Origin: Nostoc sp. PCC 7120 = FACHB-418 | Lineage (GTDB): Bacteria; Cyanobacteriota; Cyanobacteriia; Cyanobacteriales; Nostocaceae | NCBI RefSeq assembly: GCF_000009705.1 | Contig: NC_003272.1 | Coordinates: forward strand, 960,001-992,000 | DNA: 32,000 nucleotides | Direction: 5' to 3' | Shown: positions 15,148 through 23,372 of the stretch, piece by piece | How the letters are laid out: each line of letters opens with the position of its first letter | Position numbering within the stretch: the first letter of the stretch is position 1 | Program-made: the position numbers and the translations under genes | The notes under the pieces: generated by a model | Seen by the model: only the letters and a program-made list of their open reading frames with translations | Databases searched by the model: none | What the model was told of the DNA's origin: nothing

Positions 15148-15415
15148 ATATTCGCTAAAATCAAAGCACTTACAAGAATTATTGAGATAGTAGTCAGAAG
15201 TCAGAATTGGGAATAAAGTTGTGTAAAACTGTTGGCAGGCTAGATTTTTCTACTTTATCCTTGACGAGAAAAGTAAAGCTGAGAATTTTTGGCTTTTCCA
15301 TCTCTGGCGCTTATTTATGTCTATGCTGAATCCTGTATTCTAAATTTTGAATACATTTATATTGTTGGGCGGGAGTCTCAAAAATCAACAAGGCTCACAC
15401 TAATTAGTTACTACC

Positions 15416-16951
15416 ATGTCATCTGGTTCTTCTGGTCGTTATCAAAGCAGATTATTTAACTTTGTCAACCAGCAATCTCGGCGGTTGACGGAAAATTGGG
15501 GAAGTACCTTGCGGAATTTACAAGTTGCTACTAAGTCGGGTGTGTCAGCACTACTTTATCCTGTGTTGATGTTTTTGCAATCATCTGATTCATCGGTGAA
15601 AAGTTTATACACCAAAGAACCAGAATTGCGGAAAAGGTTACAGCCTCATGATACTGACTTATTTTCCCCAACTCCCCTAGCGACCGATAGACCTATTCAG
15701 CGCGTATTAGAGTCTGTCCAATATTTATCACCAGAAGAAACCGATATCACGGCTTCCACCACATCCAGATTTGCCAATATTCTGGAGTTATTGCAAGGGA
15801 AATTTCTCACCCATCGCCCAAATAAGCCTAAACTTTCACACTCTTTAACTATTTCAGACGCAAAGTTAGCAACTGTTAACCCCTCCCTTCCAGAAAACCC
15901 ACTCCAACGCCATCTACCAATGGTTAGAGGAGTAGCCTCAGATGTAGTTAATCGTCAGTTGGTACTAGTCAGCACTGAGAACCAGATTCTAGATATTTTG
16001 ACACCGCAACAACAAGCAAAATTAACAGACAGAATTCTCAGCGAAGTAGCTGAATATTGGCATTCTTGGCAATTAACTGAAGCGCAACAGCAAGCCCATT
16101 TACTACCAGAAATTAATCGGATATTAGCAAAGTTGACAGGCGAAAATATGAGCAAAACGCCTGTTATCACCGAGGGAATCACTAAAAATGTCCTCAACAC
16201 AGGTAAAATAGTAGCTCTACTAGATGCAGCGATCGCTAAACTAGAACAAACTGCGATTGTACCGACACAACAACGCAGTCTAGAAATAATGCGAGTTGCC
16301 CAAACTCAAGTCAATATTTTTCTTTATGGCCAAGAACAGCTAAACTCTAGAAAAGAAATAGTAGCTAATTCCGAGAGTGGAGTTACCCAAAAACAAAATG
16401 TTTCGGCTTTAATTGAAGCAGCCCTGAATTACTTCTTTGGTGTACCTAAATATAAAGTACTAAAGTCTAGTTTTTTTGAGCAAAAATTACCTGATAGTTA
16501 TCAGTCACCACATGAATATTTCACAAACGACCCTTGGCTAGAGTGGGCTGATTTGTATGATGATGTTGAAAATCTTACAGCAAAGATTATGCAATCATCA
16601 AGAATCAAATCCAGTCTTCCTCCGCATAAATCGGCTGGTTTATCTGGGCAGAAAAAACAACCTACACCACAACAAAAATCAACCTCTAGTGTGTCACCAA
16701 AGAAAAAACATACATCTAGAAAAATTTCCTCTACAAAACAAATCCCAGCTTATCTTGCCCAACAGCAACCTTATACCGAAAACCAAGCAGAAGCCCAACC
16801 AGATTGGATAGAAACGACAGCGACCGTACTAGGCTATGAAAAGCACCTCTTGGAATATATTCTGGAATGGTTAGACCGTGCTATTCTCTGGATAGAACAA
16901 ATATTGACAAATATTTTTTACTTTTTGCAAGGTTTGTTGCGGGGTAAGTGA
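15416..16951 (+). CDS. Hypothetical protein (511 aa) with a low-complexity basic linker and a hydrophobic C-terminal tail
   Basis: Long ORF. It has a Q/K/S/T/P-rich segment (KKQPTPQQKSTSSVSPKKKHTSRKISSTKQ) and the C-terminal sequence LEWLDRAILWIEQILTNIFYFLQGLL. I recognise no family. Confidence 0.6.
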   Translation: MSSGSSGRYQSRLFNFVNQQSRRLTENWGSTLRNLQVATKSGVSALLYPVLMFLQSSDSSVKSLYTKEPELRKRLQPHDTDLFSPTPLATDRPIQRVLESVQYLSPEETDITASTTSRFANILELLQGKFLTHRPNKPKLSHSLTISDAKLATVNPSLPENPLQRHLPMVRGVASDVVNRQLVLVSTENQILDILTPQQQAKLTDRILSEVAEYWHSWQLTEAQQQAHLLPEINRILAKLTGENMSKTPVITEGITKNVLNTGKIVALLDAAIAKLEQTAIVPTQQRSLEIMRVAQTQVNIFLYGQEQLNSRKEIVANSESGVTQKQNVSALIEAALNYFFGVPKYKVLKSSFFEQKLPDSYQSPHEYFTNDPWLEWADLYDDVENLTAKIMQSSRIKSSLPPHKSAGLSGQKKQPTPQQKSTSSVSPKKKHTSRKISSTKQIPAYLAQQQPYTENQAEAQPDWIETTATVLGYEKHLLEYILEWLDRAILWIEQILTNIFYFLQGLLRGK

Positions 16952-17077
16952 AACTTAATTACTTAGTGAATTTATGATTTTTTGGTAATTGGTAATGGGT
17001 CGTTAATTTCTACTATTAGCTATTACTAATGAGCGATTACTAACCCCCACAAATTTAACCGCACAAGATGTATTCTT

Positions 17078-18022
17078 TCACCACAGCATATGGTTAAGAA
17101 AATGTTGCAGTAGTTTGAAGCCTGTTGGTTCCTGATAATCTGTAGGTAACACATCCTGCATTGCTTCCTGCAACTTCTCTAACGCTACATCTACTTCTTG
17201 GCGGTTTGGTCTGTTAGTTTGGACGAAATACAACGGTTCACCAATGCGAACAGTTAATTGTTTGCGCCAATACAGGTCATGAGTGCCGATTAAAGCTATT
17301 GGTACTATGGGTACACCAGCCCTTAAGGCGTAAATCACCGTCCCTCGTTTCAGAGGTAAATGTAACTGACCCTCCACATTTCCCAGTCGTCCTTCGGGAA
17401 AAAGAATCATCCCGTCCCCTTGGGCTAAAATCCCTAAAACAATGCGGTCTATCTGTCGCAGTGTAGGTATATCTCCCCCAGTGGGTACAGTTTCTTCAAT
17501 GATTTGGGCTAACTCTATGAGGTCTTGTCTTCCCGCCTTAGCGGCTTGAATAACAGCGATTTCTTCTTTCCATATCCGGGCTAAGGGAATCACCCCTCCA
17601 GCAAAACCCAAGATAAAACGCTTCCACCATTTGTTATAGAGGGTACGAGCATCGCCCACAATGTAATAGTGGGGTTGGGTGGGTATTTCCGCTAGCAGCA
17701 CCAGAGGGTCGAGATGGTGGAGATGGTTAGCTGCGATAATTGCCGATGTTTGGGGGATTTTTTCCGAGTTTTCGACGCGTACCCGAAAGATAGCATGAAT
17801 GAGCGATCGCAAGACAAAACGACGTATCCCCGCATTAACTCTCGGTTCCATCTGCCCTTGATGCCTAGCTTCCAATCCAACCAGAGTTTTAGCAATTATC
17901 TCACGCACCGCGCGATCGCTTGCTGCCGCCACACCTTCCCGCACCCGCTTAATAGTTGCGGTCGTTAAGGATGGTAAGACTTCTGTTCGCGTACTAATTT
18001 CTGGCTGGTCGTTGGATTTCAC
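17078..18022 (-). CDS. Lysophospholipid (1-acyl-sn-glycerol-3-phosphate) acyltransferase, PlsC family
   Basis: It has the H-x4-D catalytic block NHLHHLD and the FPEGRLG block, the counterpart of FPEGTR. Confidence 0.85.
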   Translation of the reverse strand: MKSNDQPEISTRTEVLPSLTTATIKRVREGVAAASDRAVREIIAKTLVGLEARHQGQMEPRVNAGIRRFVLRSLIHAIFRVRVENSEKIPQTSAIIAANHLHHLDPLVLLAEIPTQPHYYIVGDARTLYNKWWKRFILGFAGGVIPLARIWKEEIAVIQAAKAGRQDLIELAQIIEETVPTGGDIPTLRQIDRIVLGILAQGDGMILFPEGRLGNVEGQLHLPLKRGTVIYALRAGVPIVPIALIGTHDLYWRKQLTVRIGEPLYFVQTNRPNRQEVDVALEKLQEAMQDVLPTDYQEPTGFKLLQHFLNHMLW

Positions 18023-18238
18023 TTCATTTAAGCCTGACTGAGCAGATTTGTGAAAAAAACGTTTGAACAGCTAATAATTATTTAAATTGTATAGAGCTAG
18101 TAAAGAAAATGTTTGTTTAGCTTGTATTTCTTAATTTTGAAGTTTGCGGAAAGTGGGCGGTGTCGGTTTCCGTCCCGCCCAACTTTCCAAGACGAATTTT
18201 GTAGCTTTAGCTTCCCGTAGGGTATTTTTAATTAATTC

Positions 18239-19084
18239 ATGGTCTACCATAACGAAGGCGTATTTAAAAGTGTCGATGGACTTGAGCTTTATTATCAGAA
18301 TTGGTATCCAGAAGTTAAAGCAAAAGCCATCTTGGTGATTGTGCATGGACTGGGAGGACACAGTGATAAATATAGTAATATCGTCAACCATCTAACAGCC
18401 AAAGATTATGCCGTTTATGGCTTAGATTTACGCGGTCATGGGCGATCGCCTGGACAGCGTGGTCACATCAACGCCTGGGCTGATTTTCGGGGAGATTTAA
18501 GTGCTTTCTTAGAGCTAATTCAGACCCAGCAGCCACAATCCCCGATTTTCTTATTAGGGCATAGTTTAGGTGCAGTAGTTGTCTGCGACTATATTTTACG
18601 CTGTCCCAAAGAAGCCGCAAAATTGCAAGGTGCGATCGCCTTAGCACCAGCCATAGGCAAAGTCGGCGTGTCGAAATTCCGCTTACTTGTAGGTAAATTG
18701 CTTTCGCAAATATGGCCGCGCTTCTCCTTAACTACTGGACTTGACCTGAGTGCAGGTTCACGAGACGAGAAAGTTGTAGCCGCTTATGCTCAAGACACCC
18801 TACGCCATAATCTTGGTAGCGCCCGTTTAGCCACAGAATACTTTACCACCGTCGCCTGGATTCATGCTCATGCACCTGACTGGCAAATCCCCTTGCTGAT
18901 TCTTCACGGTAGCAGCGATCGCATCGCCTCACCTGAAGGCGGAGAAATTTTTTACAAAAACGTAGGTTGTTCAGATAAGTTTCGTATCGAATACCCGGAA
19001 GCCTATCATGACCTACAAGCAGACCTCAACTACCAACAAGTCCTAGCTGACATAGAAAATTGGCTAGAAAATCATTTGCCATAA
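18239..19084 (+). CDS. Alpha/beta hydrolase, lysophospholipase / monoacylglycerol lipase-like
   Basis: VIVHGLGGHSDKY supplies the oxyanion HG, LLGHSLGA is the G-x-S-x-G nucleophile elbow, and HGSSDRI and AYHDL are the candidate Asp and His of the triad. Confidence 0.85.
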   Translation: MVYHNEGVFKSVDGLELYYQNWYPEVKAKAILVIVHGLGGHSDKYSNIVNHLTAKDYAVYGLDLRGHGRSPGQRGHINAWADFRGDLSAFLELIQTQQPQSPIFLLGHSLGAVVVCDYILRCPKEAAKLQGAIALAPAIGKVGVSKFRLLVGKLLSQIWPRFSLTTGLDLSAGSRDEKVVAAYAQDTLRHNLGSARLATEYFTTVAWIHAHAPDWQIPLLILHGSSDRIASPEGGEIFYKNVGCSDKFRIEYPEAYHDLQADLNYQQVLADIENWLENHLP

Positions 19085-19085
19085 A

Positions 19086-19112
19086 TGCTTCCCCTGCTTC
19101 CCCTGCTTCCCA
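19086..19112. repeat. 9-nt tandem repeat (TGCTTCCCC x2 plus TGCTTCCCA)
   Basis: Read directly. It lies immediately after the hydrolase stop codon. Confidence 0.8.
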
Positions 19113-19232
19113 AGGCGATTGGATATTTCTTAGTGAGAATTCCCTTCTTCTGTCCCAAGCCCGAAAATTTTTTTCCCGACCTATTGACATCACCTGAAAA
19201 ATCCGTTAATTTATAAAAGGTCTGAGGTTGAT

Positions 19233-19305
19233 GCCCCCATCGTCTAGAGGCCTAGGACACCTCCCTTTCACGGAGGTAACGGGGATTCGAATTCCCCTGG
19301 GGGTA
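19233..19305 (+). tRNA. tRNA-Glu (anticodon UUC)
   Basis: It folds as a cloverleaf. The acceptor is GCCCCCA/TGGGGGT with a G1-U72 pair, the D arm GTCT/GGAC, the anticodon stem CCTCC/GGAGG with loop CTTTCAC, and the T arm GGGGA-TTCGAAT-TCCCC. The discriminator is A and no CCA is encoded. The sequence is typical of cyanobacterial and plastid tRNA-Glu. Confidence 0.95.
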
Positions 19306-19354
19306 CTAAAAAATTAAATTTAAACTTTATAAGTTTAAAGACCTATACTAACTT

Positions 19355-19386
19355 AAATCCCTTCAGGAATAACCTTGAAGGGATTT
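19355..19386. terminator. Long hairpin between tRNA-Glu and the convergent SRPBCC gene, a possible bidirectional terminator
   Basis: AAATCCCTTCAGG pairs with CCTTGAAGGGATTT around an AATAA loop, giving 13 bp with one bulge. Neither side has a clean U-tract. Confidence 0.5.
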
Positions 19387-19396
19387 AGATTTGCAC

Positions 19397-20005
19397 CTAG
19401 AGACTCTGGTTAGCTAAACACTCTACCCTTTGGTAAATTGCCAGCAGGTTAGACCTAAGATCCTGACTCAGACGACGCTCAATAATAGTGATTGGCATAG
19501 TCAACTTAGGCCAAACTTGGATTGTGTAGCACAGATCAGTACCAATTACATTACCGAGAGCATAAGGCTGTAAACACCAATTACCTGAAAAGCCTTTAAA
19601 ATCTCCCTCAACCATTTGGAAATTTATTTCCTTGGGGAAGTATTCTTCCAAATCTAGAACCACACGGGCGCAAAATTTGAAATTGAGTAAGCGTTGAGAG
19701 CCTACTTGTTCAAGTCGAATACCACCATTGGGATGCTCAAGTAGGGAACTTTTAGCGAGGTTGGGAATGAAGTCAGCTAAGGCTTCATAATTTGTGAGTA
19801 CCTGCCAAACTTGTTCCACTGGTTGGGGAATTTGGACTCTAGCCGTAATTTGCCGTTGTCGATCAGCGATTTTCTCAACTTGGATTTCTACAGATGGTAG
19901 GTTGTCTGCACCTGCAACCAATTCGCCATCTAAATCGGGGTTAAATTCCAAGTCTTCTGTAGGGTTGTATTGTTTAGTCACTTTCAGAATATGGTGTGCT
20001 TTCAT
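19397..20005 (-). CDS. SRPBCC (START/cyclase-dehydrase/CoxG-like) ligand-binding protein
   Basis: RQITARVQIPQPVEQVWQVLTNYEALADFIPNLAKS is the typical opening of the cyclase/dehydrase-type SRPBCC fold. The ATG at 20005 overlaps the end of the upstream kinase-like gene by 32 nt. Confidence 0.75.
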   Translation of the reverse strand: MKAHHILKVTKQYNPTEDLEFNPDLDGELVAGADNLPSVEIQVEKIADRQRQITARVQIPQPVEQVWQVLTNYEALADFIPNLAKSSLLEHPNGGIRLEQVGSQRLLNFKFCARVVLDLEEYFPKEINFQMVEGDFKGFSGNWCLQPYALGNVIGTDLCYTIQVWPKLTMPITIIERRLSQDLRSNLLAIYQRVECLANQSL

Positions 20006-21998
20006 CAGAAAACTGGGGCAAAGTTAGGGTAAAACAAATTTCGCTGAGTTGAGAACCGGGAATAGGGTTGCTCTCAACTGCGATCGCCCCGTTTAAATGC
20101 TGTACTAAGGACTTAACTAAAGCGAGTCCCAAGCCAGTCCCTGGAGTCCAGCGACCTCCTCTACCGCGACGGAACCTATCAAATATATAGGTAGCCTCTT
20201 GTTCGGAGATGCCACGTCCTGTGTTAGTCACTTTAATCATAACTTGATCAACAAGCTGATCAACTTGATGACTGGCGTGCAGGTGAACGATAGTGTCACG
20301 CTCCGAGTATGTATAGGCATTATTTAGTAGCTCATGCAGGATGCGATCAAAACTTTCCAATTCGGTTTGGAGTTTTAACGGTTCATCCGGTATGTCTAAA
20401 TCTATACTCAATCCTTTACCTGCCATTTTGCTGGCTAAAGAATCCCTTAAGTCTTGAATTTTGGCGTTTAAATTGATATTTTCCACCCTTGGTGGTTCTT
20501 GCTCAGACTCTAATTTCTGGAGAGTCAGCAAGTCATTAATTAAGTTGATTTCCTTAGCGCATTCGTTCTCTAGAATCTCTAAGTATTTCACCTGACGCTC
20601 TGCGGGGATTCCTGGGAGACGCAGATTTTTGATTGACATCATCATATTCGTCAACGGGTAGCGCAGGCGATCGCTGATGTTGCTCATAAATTCGTCTTTG
20701 AGCTGGTTCAGTTCCCGCAACTGCTCCACATATTGCCGCGTTCTCTCATGAAGTTTTGCTTGCAGTTCCAAGCTACTTTGGAGCTTTGCCGTGCGCTCAT
20801 CTACTAAAGTCTGGACTTGCCGCAGTGTTTTTGATTGAATAATGGCATTGCTCACTTGAGCGCAAACCATTTCCACCAAATTTAACTCAGACTGTTGCCA
20901 GTTACGCGCCACACCCTGCTGTAAGACTAAAAATCCTAATATTTTGCCTTGGTTCTCTAATGGCATTAATAGGACTGCTGGCAGTTCTGTAATGGCAAAT
21001 AAAGGAGCAACGGTATAGGTATCCTGTATTTCCGAGTAATCATTAATGATGACTGGCTTACCCGCATCTTGGAACACCCTTTGACATAACCCGCAATCAG
21101 CCAAAGAGAAAGATCCAGAAAAGGAATCTGTTTGATTGGCATTTTCCTTGCGCCATTCACCAACAACATCAGCTTTAGCTTGAGGAATTTGTTTTTTAAT
21201 GGGAGTTCTAAATAGTGGATCTGTATATTTCAGTAGAATCAGCAAACCTCGATCTGCTTGTAAACATTCGGCAGTAGATGCTATGGCCAGTTGGAGCATT
21301 TGATTTAACTCCAAATTGCTACGACTTAGTATAGTTAATTGTTTAATTAAGCTCTGATGTTGATTACTCTTTTGTAGGTGTTGCTGCTGAGAGGAAATCA
21401 ACTGTGCTTGGGTTAATTGAGAAAAAGCGATCGCACAAGATGCTTCTATCGTCTTCAAAATGTTTTTTGCTGAATCATCCCAATCATGAGATTGGAATTT
21501 AATCAGACTAATTACCCCATTAGTTTTGCCACCAAAGCGGGTAGAAATTGCCAACACGGCTTTGATTGGTAATGGCAAATGTTGACATCCCACCACCAAA
21601 CTATTGCGGATGATGGAAATCTCATCAATATTGCGTGGTTCTACTGCACATTGCAAAACCGGTAATTCCATCAAGAAACGTTCTGTAGAGAACATCTCAT
21701 TAGACAGAGGTACTCCTAGAAATTCATCAGAACACCAGTTAGCTGTTGTTGTTTCCGTGGATTCCTCATTGGTAACTGTCACCAAGCAGCAACAATCTAC
21801 ATTTGTGGCAGTCCCCACCAAGTGGGCTATCTCTTGCAGCATTGCTGCTGTTGCTGGACGACTGGCAACGATGTGATTGATCTTGTGTGCCAACTCCTGG
21901 GCTGTTTCTTCCTGATGTTGCATCAGTTTGACTGGGTAGGGTTGTAGTCGCTCTGGTCCATCGGGGTACTGTGGCGGCAATAATAAACGCTTTTTCAT
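19974..21998 (-). CDS. GAF-GAF sensor with a histidine-kinase-like core (HATPase intact, H-box His replaced by Asp)
   Basis: There are two GAF-like regions. The dimerisation box reads KDEFMSNISDRLRYPL where the consensus is SHELRTPL. The N box LHELLNNAYTYS, the G1 box VTNTGRGIS, the F box IFDRF and the G2 box GTGLGLALV are all present. Confidence 0.85.
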   Translation of the reverse strand: MKKRLLLPPQYPDGPERLQPYPVKLMQHQEETAQELAHKINHIVASRPATAAMLQEIAHLVGTATNVDCCCLVTVTNEESTETTTANWCSDEFLGVPLSNEMFSTERFLMELPVLQCAVEPRNIDEISIIRNSLVVGCQHLPLPIKAVLAISTRFGGKTNGVISLIKFQSHDWDDSAKNILKTIEASCAIAFSQLTQAQLISSQQQHLQKSNQHQSLIKQLTILSRSNLELNQMLQLAIASTAECLQADRGLLILLKYTDPLFRTPIKKQIPQAKADVVGEWRKENANQTDSFSGSFSLADCGLCQRVFQDAGKPVIINDYSEIQDTYTVAPLFAITELPAVLLMPLENQGKILGFLVLQQGVARNWQQSELNLVEMVCAQVSNAIIQSKTLRQVQTLVDERTAKLQSSLELQAKLHERTRQYVEQLRELNQLKDEFMSNISDRLRYPLTNMMMSIKNLRLPGIPAERQVKYLEILENECAKEINLINDLLTLQKLESEQEPPRVENINLNAKIQDLRDSLASKMAGKGLSIDLDIPDEPLKLQTELESFDRILHELLNNAYTYSERDTIVHLHASHQVDQLVDQVMIKVTNTGRGISEQEATYIFDRFRRGRGGRWTPGTGLGLALVKSLVQHLNGAIAVESNPIPGSQLSEICFTLTLPQFSDESTPYSESD

Positions 21999-22360
21999 TC
22001 CTAATATGCTCTGAGATTTTTACCCCATTGTTTATGCACCAAACTGTTTGGCATATTATTCACCTTGAGTTGTGTTGCTGCACCTGATGGATGGGAAATG
22101 TTTGATGAAAAATTTCTCTCATCTGTTATAGCCCCTTTCTATTGCAGATGATCAAGTTATCAGTAAAATAAACTAATTTATACAGTATTGTGACAGCCGT
22201 CTAAGATGACTAAATGCCTGATCAAGCTACTATTTGGTTTCGTGTTGCCAGTCCAAATAATAACTTGGACTCAGGATACCTTGTTTATTACTATACATAA
22301 ACCGTAATTTCTCTAGATTGGCAACCATAACTTCATTGTGATTAACCGCATTAGTACTGT

Positions 22361-22376
22361 TGTGACTCAAATCACA
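22361..22376. promoter_or_regulatory. Perfect CRP-family consensus palindrome TGTGA-N6-TCACA
   Basis: Reads tgtgactcaaatcaca. It lies in the 689-nt AT-rich spacer, 363-378 nt upstream of the kinase-like gene start. A fully specified 10-nt pattern is expected about 0.03 times by chance per strand in 32 kb, assuming equal base frequencies. Confidence 0.35.
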
Positions 22377-22630
22377 AATGAAGATGTTTAGGAAAATTTT
22401 AACCAGTGTCGTTTTATTGTTGATGGCTCTGAAGAATTGGGGAATGCTCTGATATTCAGGTTATAGAAAAATTTTTGAGAACTAAATCAAGTATCATATG
22501 AGAAAAATTTATGGTTTTTTGATTTCCCTCTATAATATTCTATAGTTTTTTACTTATTACATTAATAGTGTGAGTATGTCAAGATCAGCGCTGAGTAGTG
22601 AGTAAAGCATACTAACCCATAACCTAATAG

Positions 22631-22674
22631 CGAATACAGCCTAGTTACTTATCAGGGCAACTAGGCTGTATTCG
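22631..22674. repeat. Perfect 16-bp inverted repeat hairpin (CGAATACAGCCTAGTT / AACTAGGCTGTATTCG) with a 12-nt loop
   Basis: Read directly. It begins 14 nt downstream of the RHH gene stop. There is no U-tract on either strand, so it is not a canonical intrinsic terminator. Confidence 0.6.
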
Positions 22675-22687
22675 GACAAATGTAAAA

Positions 22688-23023
22688 CTAGCCGACTAAA
22701 CTCTCGACACTGAGCGGAACCATATCGCCGTTTCTGGTTAATCCTAATAACATGGGCTGTTGGGCTTGGATGAGTTGACCTGTGAGTACACAACGTTCTT
22801 CTTGTTGAGCTGTGGCGGCTATACTGGCGCGAATATCGGCTCGTGAAAATCGCGGTTTCCACTCGCCCGATTTTTGCTGCACATAGTTCCAGAGGATATC
22901 GCGGATAAGTGCTTGATATCCTTGATTTCCAGCTATTTCTTTGAGTTTCTCTTTCAGTTCTCGCTCTAAACGGATGCTGGTAACTTCCATATCGGTGGTT
23001 GGGGTGCGAGCGATTGTGTGCAT
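22688..23023 (-). CDS. Ribbon-helix-helix (CopG/BrnA-like) DNA-binding protein with an uncharacterised C-terminal extension (111 aa)
   Basis: I placed the start at ATG 23023 because AAGGAG lies 7 nt upstream. The track's earlier start adds 22 implausible residues. VTSIRLERELKEKLKEIAGNQGYQALIRDILWNYV fits the strand-helix-helix RHH pattern. Confidence 0.65.
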   Translation of the reverse strand: MHTIARTPTTDMEVTSIRLERELKEKLKEIAGNQGYQALIRDILWNYVQQKSGEWKPRFSRADIRASIAATAQQEERCVLTGQLIQAQQPMLLGLTRNGDMVPLSVESLVG

Positions 23024-23042
23024 GATTTTTCTCCTTAAAGTA

Positions 23043-23071
23043 TGGACAGGATAGTAATACAAGTGTAGTAT
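23043..23071 (+). promoter_or_regulatory. Putative sigma70-type promoter for the leader/HNH transcript
   Basis: TGGACA (23043-23048), a 17-nt spacer, then TAGTAT (23066-23071). It overlaps the region that must also hold the divergent RHH gene promoter. Confidence 0.4.
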
Positions 23072-23111
23072 GTTTAAAGAAATGTTCAATAGGTGAAATT
23101 TTCTGTGAAAT

Positions 23112-23372
23112 CCATTTACCCCATTTCCACTTCCTTAACTGCGACCAAATCCCCATTTAGTTGGGAATTTGGCGTTGTGGGAGTGGAGTATTCATTTATG
23201 GGCGATGGTAGCCGTGATGGCGCGCAAATCACAAAGGGAAATTATGACTTTATTATTGATGTCAGCATTAATGGGCTGAATAGCAAACCACAACTAGATA
23301 CCAGAAGCGGGAGGTACAGACAGAGATATGCTGTACCAAAATAAGACCAAAAATCTGACGGTCTATTTCTCA
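23112..23372 (+). promoter_or_regulatory. Candidate structured leader RNA (riboswitch or attenuator-like) upstream of the HNH gene
   Basis: Two helices are nested. TCCACTTCC (23126-23134) pairs with GGGAGTGGA (23179-23187), and this encloses CCAAATCCC (23145-23153) paired with GGGAATTTGG (23163-23172), which has one bulged A. There is also a GGTACAG/CTGTACC hairpin (23313-23319 / 23331-23337). ACCAGAAGCGGG occurs twice (23300-23311 and 23389-23400), which allows an alternative pairing with the left arm of the terminator. Confidence 0.35.

Noticed and set aside
19233-19400. tRNA-Glu as the attachment site of an integrated element
   Set aside because: There is no integrase, no phage or plasmid genes, and I saw no direct repeat of the tRNA 3' half downstream. 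The genes that follow look like ordinary cyanobacterial genes.
22641-23156. 171-aa minus-strand ORF overlapping the RHH gene in another frame
   Set aside because: The R/S/H-rich sequence looks like out-of-frame translation. The RHH frame has a strong AAGGAG Shine-Dalgarno and a recognisable fold pattern.
23093-23344. 83-codon plus-strand ORF (GTG start) in the RHH-HNH spacer
   Set aside because: I did not call it as a CDS. It has no Shine-Dalgarno, a GTG start, and it overlaps nested helices and the antiterminator element. It stays open as an alternative explanation in the leader finding; an internal ATG at 23198 with an upstream GGAG would give 48 aa.
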